Shown here: positions 39,545 to 52,335 of the stretch, in pieces
How the letters are laid out: every line of letters begins with the position of its first letter
Numbering within the stretch: the first letter of the stretch is position 1
DNA from: Octopus vulgaris
Taxonomy: Eukaryota
Direction of reading: 5' to 3'
NCBI GenBank assembly: GCA_951406725.2
Contig: OX597821.1
Coordinates: 26,598,001-26,662,000 of the forward strand
Length of the DNA stretch: 64,000 bases
Translations under genes and position numbers: made by a program
The notes under the pieces: generated by a model
What the model was told of the DNA's origin: nothing
What the model saw: only the letters and a program-made list of their open reading frames with translations
The model's database searches: none

Positions 39545-39900
39545 GTTGTTATACCACAGTGTTGGCATAGCTTCCAGTGTATGTAGGTCCCAACTCTGTC
39601 GTGTCTGCAATATATTCCTTCCTAGCCAGGACTGGGCAGTCAACGACAATATGTTTTAGTGTTTCTTGTCCATCACATATTCTTCAGTTACTTGCTCTGT
39701 TTCTTTTCATTACATGCTTTTGGTAATTTCTGGAGGCGAGGCTTTGGTCGTGTGCTGCAATTAAAAATCCTTCAGTCTCTGGTTTGAGTCCTGAGCTTCT
39801 GAGCTATTGCTGGGATTTTGCTTTGTCTATTTCTTTTGCGTTTAATTTAGCCAAGTATTTACCATGAAGGGGCTTTTCTTGCCATCGTTTTGTCATGATC
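39545..39900 (-). mobile_element. R4/Dong-like LINE fragment (zinc-finger region)
   Basis: WQEKPLHGKYL...SGLKPETEGFLIAAHDQSL...ETLKHIVVDCPVLA. Confidence 0.8.
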
Positions 39901-40995
39901 TGGAAACTGTGTAGGATGAAAAGTAAAACCAGTCAAAAGACGGATGAACTCAGTAGAGTCAATGGCTACAAAAAATCTGGGAGTAAGAGACCACTAGTCT
40001 TTATTTAGACACCTTCCTAGGAGAAGGAAATTTCGAAATAGCCCTTGTCTCATTGGGAAGCCGGAGATATTGCTCTTCCTTCATTTTGACTTTGTAGGTA
40101 AGTCTTAGCAGTATTCTGCAAGTAGTTACTGACTTTAGATTTCAGCACGGGCATTGCTGATGGCTATTGTCTTTAACATCTAGGGTATGATAATTTGTCA
40201 GTGATGATCATACACACCTATGAGTTGAAAGTCATTATGCATGTCTGTATATATGCACGCGTGTATATGTGTATGCATGCCCCATAGCTCAGAGATGCAA
40301 CAACTATAACTAAAGTTAAGTACTAGACATCCAAAAACAAAGTCGATACGAACATCTGAAGTGGTTTTATAAGCAATGAGTTTGTTTGATATTTGAATGT
40401 GGCTGACCAATAATTCTAGGTCTCTTGCAACACTTGACAAAGGCAGCAAAAAGCGTCGAAATGCACAACACTTTCGCATATATTATGCAGGTGATTTCCT
40501 TAAAATAGTCGTAGCAGTGCTGGCTAAAATTCCTATTGCTATGTTTACTTGTATATTATTGTAACGAAACAAATCACTGTCAGCACATCAGTAATTTAGT
40601 ATTGAGAAAAGTAAGATCCCGAGCTTTTGGTAAGTTGGTTAAATTTAGCCAAGTGTATTGAAGATAGGCGCAGACATAACTGTGTGGCCAAGAAGTTTCG
40701 AGTTCAGTCCCACTGTGCGGAACTTTGAATATCTTCTATTTTTAGTACTCAGGTCTACCAAATCCTTGTGAGTAAACTATTCGAATGGAAACTCTGCAGA
40801 GACCAGGCATGTATTTATTCATATATAAGTGCGACTGTGTGTATATGAGCCGATATGTTTGTGTTCACCGCATGACGACCAGTGTAACTTTCTTCATGTC
40901 ACTGTAACTCAGCGGTTAAGCAAAAACACTCCCACTAGAATAAGTACTGGGCCTTAAAGAAATACTGGAGTAGTTTTATCCATTAAAACCTCCAG

Positions 40996-41181
40996 GCTGG
41001 TAACCCAAAATTTTGAAGCTGGTGACCCAAATTTTTGAAGCTGGCGACCCAAACTTTTGAAGCTGGCGACCCAAATTTTTGAAACTGGCGACCCAAACTT
41101 TTGAAGCTGGCGACCCAAATTTTTGATGCTGGCGACCCAAACTTTTGAAGCTGGCGACCCAAATTTTTGAAGCTGGTGACC
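40996..41181. repeat. 22-bp minisatellite, about 8.5 copies, alternating variants
   Basis: GCTGGCGACCCAAA(T/C)TTTTGAA at a 22-bp period. Confidence 0.95.
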
Positions 41182-41699
41182 TGCAGTCCAGTCACAGAAA
41201 AAAGAAAATGAATAAAAGATATATTCGTATTCTTTTATTCATTATCTTTATAGAGAATTCGGAGGAGTGATACACTACACATATAAACTAATTGCAATAA
41301 TTATAAATATACATTCATGGCCACAAACATAGGCCAATGTGTATAAGTATTTGAAAAAAAACTGGTAATTCATGCATATTCATAAACACAGGGGCATATT
41401 CTATCTGTCTGTGTCTCTCACACATATATACACACTGAGAGGTTGACGAAAAGTAAAGGAAACAGCACTTCATATTTGAATATTTCTCTATTGGCAATAA
41501 ACTAAATTCACAAGTCTTCGAGTCTGTATACATGTTTTCATTTGCATTATGTTTGCCTTATAATGTATAATATAGACATTGATCTCTGTTTTGAAGATAT
41601 TAATAATAAAATACATAGTAGGGTAAACTACTTCGTGTGCACCCCAACCCCATTTTGAAGTAGGAAGTAATGAACTTAGTAAGAATGGCAGCTTTGTAG

Positions 41700-42195
41700 A
41701 CATGTAGACTTAATAGACTTTGGTGTGAAGTTTAATGTTCCTTTCATTCCATAGGCGATGATGGGGTTTACGAAATGCGTTGGTTGCTTGTGCAAGACGG
41801 TTGACGATTTCATCTTCTAGGGAAGCGCTCGAGTTCACTTTACTACCAATATATGTAAATAACTTCACATAAGTTAGGTTTTACCCATCTACCTTATTAA
41901 GAGTGTTAGGGAAATTGTGTACAGATGGCCTCTACTTGACACCCCGAACTGTTTTAGGAGTAGGGCAAGGTTGGTGAATCACTTCCATTTTCTTTATACT
42001 GATGGTCAAAGCTGGTCTAGAAGTTTCTCAGCTTCCTTTAATGAAGCCGCTACTAGTGCAGTAGCATCTGAAAAAAGCAGATTACGAATGATACTGGTTT
42101 GTAGCAGTGCTTTGGCTTTGAAACGCTGGTGATTGACTAGTTCAGCACGTGACCGAAACTGGAATTTGACACCACTTTGTATGTCACCAAAAGCA
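41700..42195 (-). mobile_element. RTE-clade LINE RT fragment
   Basis: IIRNLLFSDATALVAASLKEAEKLLDQL (degenerate LFADD motif) and FTYIGS. Confidence 0.7.
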
Positions 42196-42200
42196 TACTT

Positions 42201-42357
42201 AGGAGTGGCTGTGTGGTAAGTAATTTGCTTACCAACCATATGGTTCCGGGTTCAGTCCCACTGCGTGGCACCTTGGGCAAATGTCTTCTACTATAGCCCC
42301 GGGTCGACCAAAGCCTTGTGAGTGGATTTGGTAGACGGAAACTGAGAGGAGCCCGTC

Positions 42358-42394
<37 letters not shown>

Positions 42395-42569
42395 CACGCA
42401 CATGCATACACACGACGGTTGTCTTTCAGTTTCTGTCTACCAAATCCACTCACAAGGCTTTGTTCAGCCCGAGACTATAGTAGAAAACACTTGCTCGAGG
42501 CATCACGCTGTGGGATTGAACCCGGAACCATGTGGTTGGGAAGTAAACTTCTAACCACGTCGCCGCGCC
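42201..42569. mobile_element. Tail-to-tail inverted pair of SINEs around (TA)n
   Basis: 42201-42361 (+) and 42410-42569 (-) belong to the same GGAGTGGCTGTGTGGTAAG...GGTAGACGGAAACTGA family. Further copies at about 12445, 13512, 40668 and 48591. Confidence 0.85.
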
Positions 42570-43054
42570 TTCACGATATCTTTATGAAATTAGAAATTCG
42601 TTGGCGATGGCATTACATTCAAACAATGGCTAAGTATTTTCAAATCATATCTTAAATGTGTAACAATAATAGCAACAACAAATAACAGGAATAACAAAGA
42701 AAAACAAGAAAACAGACTAAGAATTTAATTCGACTATTTATTGAAGTACATCGATCGATGACTATATTTTCGGCATAAGTGATATAAATCTAGAAGATCT
42801 GGCAAGATTTGGACTAAGAAATATAGGCTAGAAGGTTATCTCATGTAGATGCGTGACTCTCAAATTTTATAGAGAGAAAGAATTTAAACCATTCTCAAAG
42901 TTTAAATTTCCATCGGAAATTAAAATTGGCTCACAATTACTGGGGACACTTTTTTCTCTTCAGGGATAGTTAGTTAGGGAATGCGAATATTGGCTTCCCG
43001 TTTTAGCACAAGGACTTTTCTACTCCAGGCACATGGAACGAAATTTTGCGGGAA

Positions 43055-43577
43055 GGGGGCCAGTCGATTAGATCGACCCTAGTACGCAACTGGTACTTAA
43101 TTTATCGACCCCGAAAGGATGAAAGGCAAAGTCGTCTTCGGCGGAATTTGAACTTAGTACGTAAAGATTGAAGAAATATTTGTTTCTTTATTACCCACAG
43201 GGGGCTAAACATAGAGGGGACAAACAAACGGATTAAGTCGATTACATCGACCCCAGTGCGTAACTAGTACTTAATTTATCAACCCCGAAAGGATGAAAGG
43301 TAAAGTCGACTTTGGCGGAATTTGAACTTAGTACGTAAAGATTGAAGAAATATTTCTTTCTTTATTACCCACAAGGGGCTTAACATATAGGGGACAAACA
43401 AACGGATTAAGTCGATTACATCGACCCCAGTGCGTAACTGGTACTTAATTTATCGACCCCGAAGGGATGAAAGGCAAAGTCGACCTCGGCGGAATTTGAA
43501 CTCAGAACGTAAAGATAGACGAAATATCGCTAAGTATTTCGTCCAGCGTGCTAACGTGTCTCTCAGCTAGCCGCTTT
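43055..43577 (-). mobile_element. Nin-type SINE concatemer (about 2.6 units)
   Basis: Same family as 12753-13327. Confidence 0.88.
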
Positions 43578-43743
43578 CAGAAGGACTGAATATTAAATGA
43601 GCGAAGCCAATGAGATAAGATGTCTTCCCAAAGATGTTAGTACGGTAAATGACATGAAAATGGTATCATATAAAATTTAAAAATTAGCCGTGGTATCGTT
43701 TCTCTAGCTATTTACCTTTTCTTGTATCTATTCAAATAAAACG

Positions 43744-44141
43744 AAGGCGGCGAGCTGGCAGAAACGTTAGCACGCCGGGCGAAATGCGTAGCTGTATTTC
43801 GTCTGCCGTTACGATCTGAGTTCAAATTCCGCCGAGGTCGACTTTGCCTTTCATCCTTTCGGGGTCGATTAAATAAGTACCAGTTACACACTGGGGTCGA
43901 TGTAATCGACTTAATACCTATGTCTGTCCTTGTTTGTCCCCTCTATGTTTAGCCCCTTGTGGGTAATAAAGAAATAGGTATTTAATCTGCCGCTACGTTC
44001 TGAGTTCAAATTCCGCCGAGGTCGACTTTGCCTTTCATCCTTTCGGGGTCGATTAAATAAGTACCAGTTACGCACTGGGGTCGATGTAATCGACTTAATC
44101 CGTTTGTCTGTGTTTAGCTCCTTGTGGGTAATAAAGAAATA
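43744..44141 (+). mobile_element. Nin-type SINE concatemer (2 units), head-to-head with the previous one
   Basis: AAGGCGGCGAGCTGGCAGAAACGTTAGC head followed by two bodies. Confidence 0.88.
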
Positions 44142-44824
44142 ACTATTCACATAAAACAATATCAACATTAATTTTCAACTGTGACATTCTTTCCCATCAA
44201 TGGTCCTCTGCATGGTTGCACGACGTCATACAGGTATCAAATGAAAAGTTTTTGTACTCGTAAGAATACAGGATAGTCATAGAATAATTCTACTCCATTG
44301 GGGAAAAGCTGGGACTCGGCACATTTTGTTAACTGAACATTTCATTTCGGTAATGCATCGAGACCGTTGTTTGTCCTGATGAGTCCTTCCATTTTTAAGA
44401 ACATTCGGATCCAGCCGTACAAACTCTAGTATGGCTCTCATTACTTATGGGCCTTTTCAGGACCTTCGAGACTGGTGGGAGGAAAGGACCTAAAGTGAAT
44501 GTTCAAGTATTAGAAATTGAGTGAGACATGTCTGCAACTCAAAATGTCATTATTAGAAGCATGGAAATAATTTCTATTCTGAAATCATGTCAAAGAATAC
44601 ATTAATATAGTTTAAAGATAAGTATTCGAGAACATTTTACAAATTTAACTCTTATGTTCTGGCATCCCCTCGCCATATTCTCAATTAGAGCTGTAATATT
44701 TTTCACTTCATTGCACGGGATTTGAAATTGATGCGCTATGAAACAGTTTTCAAGAAACAGAGTTCAGTTGATATATCTCTTTAATAAGAAAAGCAACAAT
44801 TATTGAAAAACAAAATTCGGAATT

Positions 44825-46310
44825 TTACTTTCCGTATGATTCCTTCACCATTTCAATTGCAGAACACTTTATGGAAGGTTTGTTATATTTTTGACTGGGA
44901 AGCTTTGGAAAGCTGGTAAAATGTAAGAAATAGTCCGGAATTATTGTTACATGGTCAAAATTACTTGGATGCGGCATTGTTTCTGTGCAGAATTTTGTTA
45001 AATCATCTCTGCTGAATTTGTGACCCGGTAGAATGGTAACACAGGCGCATATACATTCACCAAAGCTTTCATCTGGTATTGGTACCACAACCACTTCTGC
45101 AACGCTGGGGTGACGGCCAACGTATATTTCAATAGTTTTTAAGGATAACTTCACGGTAGACTTTTTAATAAAATCTACACTTCTACCTATCATTATGAGA
45201 TCACCATCAGGAGTCAATTTACAAATATCTGACGTAGGCATCCAACCCTTTTCTAAACAATTCCTTCCATCCTGAAATATTTTTTGCATCCAACCATTAC
45301 GAATGTACAGAGACCCAATGCTTCCGATGGGAACAACATTTTTGTTTTCATCAAGGATTTTAGCCTCTGAACCTGGAAGCAGTCGACCTAACATTCCTTC
45401 TACATGTTGCTCCATATCTTCTTTGGAGAATAGTCTCTGTGATGATACTAACGTTTCAGTACTTCCATATCCAAGGGAAAATTTGTCTGCCAGACGAAAA
45501 GAATTTTCAATCCAGTCTCTTGCAATTAAATCTCCTCCTGATATAATCCGTTTTACTCGGAAATCTGATTCTCTGATATATTTTAATCTCTGTGGAACTA
45601 CCCATACTACGTCACATTTTTCTGTCTTCCATAAATCTATAATGAAATCTATGTTTTCGTTATTATTTAGCAGTTTCACATCTCCCGTGACGTGTGTGCA
45701 GCCAATTGACAAAAACATTGACGGATAGCCAACAACATATCCCATTGGACGGCTACAATAAGCCTTATCTTTTTCATTGACGCCAACATCTGTGTAAAAT
45801 GTGTAAAATCCATTGATCCAGTTAAAATGTGAGTGACAAATTCGTTTAGGAACACCTGTTGAACCAGATGTTTGAGAAATTAGTGCAGTATCATCAGGAC
45901 TCATGGGGGGAAATATTATATCAGTTTTACTACTTACATCTTCCATCAACTTAGCTGCAGACAAAACATTTTCAGGACGCTCCGCTTCTGAGACAGCAAT
46001 GGCTAATCTCAAGTTTGGATATATTTCAGAGGAAACCTTCCCATTATCAGAAATGTCAGCGATTTTGAGGAAGTTTTCCCAAATATATTTGGAATCAAAT
46101 ACAACTAAACTGCAGCCATGTAATACCGTTTTAAAATCTGCCAATCCAAGCATTACTTTCACAGAAATTGCCCCAGCCATAATTATGCCGACCTCATATA
46201 TCAACCATTCAACACAGTTGGATACACTGTAGGCAACTAACTCTCCTTTCTGAATTCCTAAATTGATAAGAGCTTTGGCAAATTTTACAGCGCCATCGTA
46301 AACTTGTTTC
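44825..46310 (-). CDS. Gene B coding exon 2: ANL-superfamily acyl-CoA synthetase-like (ACSF2/luciferase-like) enzyme (spliced protein 543 aa)
   Basis: Intact ORF with QTSGSTGVPK, YGSTE, TSDIC, GRSVDFIK and PKLPSQKY. Acceptor TTTTATTTCAG|G at 46311, phase 2, at the same position as in gene A. Confidence 0.96.
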
Positions 46311-48746
46311 CTGAAATAAAAGAAAAGAATAAACACATGCTTAAATAGATATACTTTATAATGTTTTCGGTATAAAAGTGTATGTAAAGTATCTCATAAA
46401 TAGACATTTAAACAATACTATAATATCGAAAACTCTTTTAAATAATGCTTGGTATAATTTTTAAAATTTTCAAGTCTACCAGAAATGAACAGGTTTTTAT
46501 ATATACACCTTAGCCTCGACTTACGAACTATGCGATTTACGACCATCTGGACTCACAACCACAAAAAATAAGAAACTATAAAACATAAGTAAATAGGTAA
46601 AAAAGAATCGATTTTCGGACTCTGAGCAGCTGCGCGTAACGATAACTATGGCTAGTGTCTGGAAACGCAGGTCTTCCTCTGACCCAGGCATCCACTGCCT
46701 GCCACTGTCTCTCACTCAGTCATTTTCAAGCATTAGTTGCATTTTGAATCAAAATAATGTTGAAAACTATAAACCCGACATACGACCAGATCCACTTACG
46801 ACCTGTAAGTCAGAACAGAACTCGGTCGTAAATCGAGGAGAAGGTGTTCCAAATAATCCTTTTTACTATTGGCACAACGCCTGAAATTTGGGCGGGGGAA
46901 GGGGGATAGTTGATTACATCGACCCCAGTACTAAATTTATCGACTCCGAATGGATGAAAGGCAAAATAGACCTCGGCGAAATTTGAACTCAGAAAGTAGC
47001 GGCAATTTTTGCGCGGCGTGCTAACGATTCTGCCAGTTCGCCACCTTAACGTGTTCCAAATAAAATTATGTTTAAAACTTAAAAAACGAAGGTGAAATAC
47101 TAAAAAGTTTTGCAGATATCTGAGATTCGATGTATTTAGGAATTCTTTTTGCGTCTCCAGATTTAGGTTTCTTAAATCATTCAAGCTTACTCAATATGTT
47201 ACCTCAAATTTCAATAATATAATAAGAATTAAAATTCTCAAACTGCCACGCAATTCCAGAAATTGCCACGCAATTCCAGAAAGTGCCACGCAATTCAAGA
47301 AATGCGAAATGTCAATTTTCGTTCCTTTTTAGAAAAACCTCCATGTATCATATATATATATATAATACAAAATGGGACAAGAACGCAAAAAATCCGGACA
47401 GCTAGGTGATACGAAAGGGGACAACAAAACATCCAGATAAACGATACAAAAAAAAAAAAACAAGGACGGGTCATTCGAAGCTTTCTATCCTCAGCTTACA
47501 AGGCCGCTACCATGAGCAAAACACAAATTTACGAGTAATCTTCACACTTTAGGAATGGTCACTTGAAGACCAATATCGACCAGGGCAACCGTCGATCTCC
47601 TGAACAAATGAAAACATCACGAAGTTCATGAACTGATTTTTGAGGACCGTCGTCAAACAATTGACAAACTTGTTGATATGACTAATGTGTCCCGGATTCC
47701 CTGCCAAAGAATTTTGAGCGAGAAATTGCGAATGAAAAGAGTTGCAGCAAAATTTGTACCTCACTTGCTCACGGAAGATCAAAAGATGTCATGACTGAGT
47801 TCTTGCCGTGAACTGAAAAAAACAGTTGGAAGTTGATTCGAACCTTTTCGATGATCATCACTGATGACGAAAGCTGGAACTACGCCTACGAACTGGAAAC
47901 GAAGTAGCAATCAAGTCAATGGAAGCATTCAATGTCACCACGCCCCCCCCCCCCCACTGTGAGTCAAGTGAGGTCCAGTGTCAAGACGATGCTGATTTGT
48001 TTCATCGAGGCGAAAGGAATTGTTCACACAATATTTATTCCTCCTGGTCAAACTGTTAACCAGACATGTTACTTGGCACTTCTGAAGAGTTTGCGAGACA
48101 CGGCGAGATGAAAACACTCTGACCAGTGCCAAAGTGGAGTGTGGGTGTTTCTTCACGACAATGTGCCTGCAAAAACCACCTCGAGGATGAGACAGTTTTT
48201 GACCAAAAATGGCTTGACTTCGTTTACCCACCCTCCCTATTCACCCGATCTTGCACCCTGGAACATTTTTTGCCCCACCCACCCAGAATGAAAATGCCCT
48301 TAAAGGAAAACGTTTTGCAGACGTGGAAGAGGTGGAGAAAAAACGACAGGGGCGTTAAAAGGCATCAATTCGCAAAAGCTTTAGGACTGCTTCTAACAAT
48401 GGAAAACGCCTCTGGACCAATGCACTGCTTCAAATGGAGAATATGTTGAAGGCGATAAATGTGTAAACATGTAAAACTTTGCGAATAAAATAATATTGTA
48501 AAATTCCGGTTTCTTTTGGGTACCAAGCAATAAACAAATTCATATATTATTACTATTAAATGTTATGCAATGTATTTATTACTTGTTATAGGCGCAGACG
48601 TGGCTGTGTGATAAGAAGATTGCTTCGCAACCAAATGACTCCGTGTTCAGTCCAATTACATGGCAACTTGGGCAAGTGTCTTCTACTACTGTCTTGGGTC
48701 GACCAAGCCTTGTGAGTAGATGTGGTAAACGGAACTAAAGGAAGTC

Positions 48747-48816
<70 letters not shown>

Positions 48817-49128
48817 CCTTTCTTTGGCATCTTGTAAGAGTTTTTAAGTAAGTATCACAGTCAAATATTTTGTTTGATGTCCTTCCATGAAAACATGTGT
48901 GGTCAGGGAGAATTGTTACCTTACTTTGAAATAGCTGAGAGTTGACGATAGAAAGGGTATCCAACCTTAGAAAATCCATCTCGACAAATTCTCTTCGACC
49001 CACGTCAGCATGGAATATTGGTGGCTAAAGCGACGGTGAGGAACTTACGTAATATTTAGAAATGTAATACAACGAACGTATTGTGAGATAAATGTAGACA
49101 TTAATATAAAATTCAAACCAAAACCTAC
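46311..49128 (-). other. Gene B intron (2818 nt, phase 2)
   Basis: Donor CG|GTAGGT at 49128 and acceptor at 46311. Contains mariner and SINE relics. Confidence 0.9.
47500..48522 (+). mobile_element. Mariner relic in the gene B intron
   Basis: MKRVAAKFVPHLLTEDQK; IITDDESWNYAYELETK; FLHDNVPA; HPPYSPDLAP. Confidence 0.88.
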
Positions 49129-49274
49129 CGAGTTATCTCCTGCCGATTCTCTTTGTTTTTATAAACGACAAGGGCTGGTTTGTCAGGGTCATTTTCAGCA
49201 AGCTGGTACACGCGTTGCGGTATTGTTTGATACATGAAGGAGACTTTACTTGGACGGTGAATGTAACTGGCCAT
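49129..49274 (-). CDS. Gene B coding exon 1 (not in the ORF track)
   Basis: Reverse strand reads MASYIHRPSKVSFMYQTIPQRVYQLAENDPDKPALVVYKNKENRQEITR, aligning without gaps to gene A exon 1. 146 nt; in-frame TGA 33 nt upstream of the ATG. Confidence 0.93.
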
Positions 49275-49599
49275 CGTGATGTCAGTAACTATACGACGCC
49301 TTCCTCAGAATTTATCCTTAAAAAGAAATAAGGTTATGAACGCTTTTAATGGTAGCGATAACAACGGTAACAATATTCGCGTAGAGACAAAGACGTTAGT
49401 TCGTGCCTACAACTGTAGTGTTAAAGAAGCTAGTTCGCCTTTCATACCCCAAGAACTTTTTAATTCAAGAAATAAAAATTGAGCGAATGTTGTGAAATTA
49501 GTTAAGACAATAGACAATAGTTAAGAGATAAGACACGCTTACGGCAATGCTCGCACATACAGCTCTGCAATTAAAAGATCATCCAGTCACTTTTACATC

Positions 49600-51160
49600 G
49601 CGGATAATGAGCGTGGAGGAGTGGTAGATGAGGGTAAACGAGAGACGGTTAAGGGTGGGGCGAGTGAGAGGAGAAAGAACAGATGCACAGTCTACAGATC
49701 GTGCCCGGGAAAGGGCAGTGTAGATAATGGTGAGGGGATATCTACGTAGGATGAATTGGCGAGCCGTGAGTTGTGACTGAGTCTTAAAATCATGATCGTC
49801 GCTGCTGAGCTTGAGTAGACGGAGGAATTGGGAGTAAGGAATGGAGAGCTTGGTGTGGGTTGGGTGGTAGGAGGAGAAGTTAAGGCAGGAGTGTGAGGCA
49901 GTGTGTTTGTAGTGGATGGAGGCAGTGAGAGCGGAGTAGTGCATGCTGACAGAAATGTGGAGAAATTCGACGGGCGAGGTGAATTGTGAGGAAATTTAGG
50001 CCTCAACTTAGACAACGAATAAGTTCGCATAGTTGGAGCCCATTCTGATTCCCATGACCACTCGCGAGAACTCTTGGTAAAACTACCCCGCGAACGAGAA
50101 GCAGTTGAGGGAGAGGACAAGTTCGGCCAGACGAAGATGTGTAGAGGTATCAGGCCGAAGGTGAAGGAAGTGTTTAGGTGCAAGAAATCCCTCGTTGTGT
50201 GGAATCACCGTACGTAAACTTTTAATGTCAAGAGTGAACAGAAGTTGAGAGGGGCCAGGGGGAAAGAAGAAAGAGTTAAACAGACGGAGAGCATGATTGG
50301 TGTCGCGGATGTATGAAGGCATTTGGAGATCATTTCCGTGGGGCAGTTGCAGGCGGAGACGATGGAGCGGCCAGGGTTGTTGGGCTTGTGAATTTTGGGA
50401 AGTAAGTAAATAGTGGGAGTGCCTGGGATACTGACAATGAGGTTGGAGGCAGTTGGAGGGAGACGGGAGGAGGAAATGAGGTCATGAATAGTTGAAGGAC
50501 ACAATCTGTTGGTAGTTAGGCGTGGGGTTGAAGGGCAGAGAGCAATAGAAGGAGGTGTCTTGAAGTTGACGGAGAGCTTCAGCCATGTAAAGGTCTGCGC
50601 GCCACACCACTACAAATCTACTCTTGTCGGCAGGTTTGATGACAGTATCTTTGCGGTGTCGGAGACATCGAAGGGCCGAGAGCCGAGAGTTCGGCCGGGG
50701 AGGTGTTTAACTTTCGCAGGCGAAAGTTAAACCGGTCCACAGCACGTTGGCAGATGCTTGCAAATTGATCAACTGCTTGAAGCTGGCGTTCAGGTGGGTG
50801 GTCGGCGGCCCAAGTCAGTGAAGCAGTCCTCTTCCTTAGATAGACATAGGGTGTTGTGGAATAGTGCATGTAACTTGATGCGGTGCACAAAGATTTTGGT
50901 ATCAGCACGGGTCTGAAACTCGTTACTGGATGTAGTAAGGGGGTTGAAGCGGAGACCCTTACCGAGAAGAGAGCGCTCCGCTTCAGAGAGATCAAGAGGG
51001 ATGGTAACCACAGACCGAAGTAGGGAGAGGAGGGTGTGTTAGGTAGGGGAGGGGTTGGGAAAGCTTTGGAAGGCTGAGAGGAGAGAGAGGAGGAGGAAGT
51101 GGTGTGTGGGAAGGTTGGAGTAGTGGAAGGGTGGGGGTGAGGATGAGGGGGAGAGGAAAC
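49600..51160 (-). mobile_element. Penelope-like retroelement RT relic
   Basis: LSEAERSLLGKGLRFNP; IYLLPKIHKPNNPGRSIVS; PSYIRDT..LFTLDIKSL; HPTHTKLSIPYSQFLRL. Confidence 0.88.
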
Positions 51161-51224
51161 ATTAAAAAAGTGGATTACATGAAATGAGCCGCTCCGACTA
51201 TGTACAAAAAAAAAAAAAAATCAC

Positions 51225-52335
51225 AAAATTAAGCCGGGTGCCGATTTTTCCACCGGTTTAAATGACTGTTTAAAAATGAATCGTTATTATCCACTACCGA
51301 CCCCGGAATATATTTTTACAAAACTGATCGGAGGAAAAATATTTTCAAAATTCAATTTCTCTGATGCTTATCTGCAAAGCAAAGTAGATAAAAAATGCTC
51401 AAAGCGGTTAATGCTCAAATTCAACACGTACAGAAGTTTATACAAATAGACTATCTTTTGGACTTAAGGTAGCACCTGCAATATTAGCAGACTGTTAATT
51501 TGCTATTCCTTACCTAGATGACGTGTTAATCAAAAGCGAATCGCGGAGTGAGGATATCGAACCCGTGAAGTGTGTCTTTTAAAAAATTAAAGATTATGGT
51601 TTCACATTCAGTGAAATGTGAATTTTCTTTTTGCCTAAAATCAAATATCTGGATCAATTCAAAGATAAGAATGGAAGACGCCCAGACCCGTTGAGGGCAG
51701 ACGCAATCAAGAATATGCGACCTTCAAGGAATATACCGGCATTATAAGCTTTCCTTGGTCTAGCAAATTACTATTAACAGCACATTCTAAATATACATAA
51801 ATTGAGAGCACCATTAAACAATTTACTAAAAAAAAAAAATGAAATTGGTCAGAAAAGTGCCAAAACGCATTTGAAGACGTAAAAATAATACTAATTTCTG
51901 ACTTGTCACTAGCACATTTCGATCCTAGAATGGACATTATTGTAACGTCTGATGCTTCGGAGTATGGAATAGGTGCAGTCTTGCTACGCAGGTATAAAGA
52001 TGGAAATATGAAGCCAGTAAGTCATGCTTAACGTTCGTTAATAGCAGCGGAAACATGTATTGTCAGATAGAGAAGGAGGCTATATCGATTATTCTTGCCT
52101 TAAAAAATTTCATAAATTTCTACATAGAAGTTTTTAGCTACAAACCGATCGTAGACCATTACTATCAATTTTTGGATCACAGAAGGGACTACCTAGCTAT
52201 ACAGTGAACCGACTACAACGTTGGGGTAAATATTGCTGATCTACAATTTCAAGATGCAGTATATTCCATCGAAGAAAATTGGTCATGCAGACTGCTTATC
52301 GATGCTAATTCCCAAGAGCGTGGAACCGCTAGAAG
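51225..52335 (+). mobile_element. Gypsy pol fragment (RT and RNase H)
   Basis: DFSTGLNDCL..YPLPTPE; SDAYLQ; YLDDVLI; SDASEYGIGAVL; NRLQRWG; GHADCLS. Confidence 0.88.

Noticed and set aside
40996-41181. Possible CRISPR array
   Set aside because: Units are contiguous with no unique spacers, no cas genes are present, and the context is eukaryotic.
44369-44495. Hammerhead candidate CTGATGAGTCC downstream of gene B
   Set aside because: No GAAA follows either possible stem II partner, and stem III cannot be formed.
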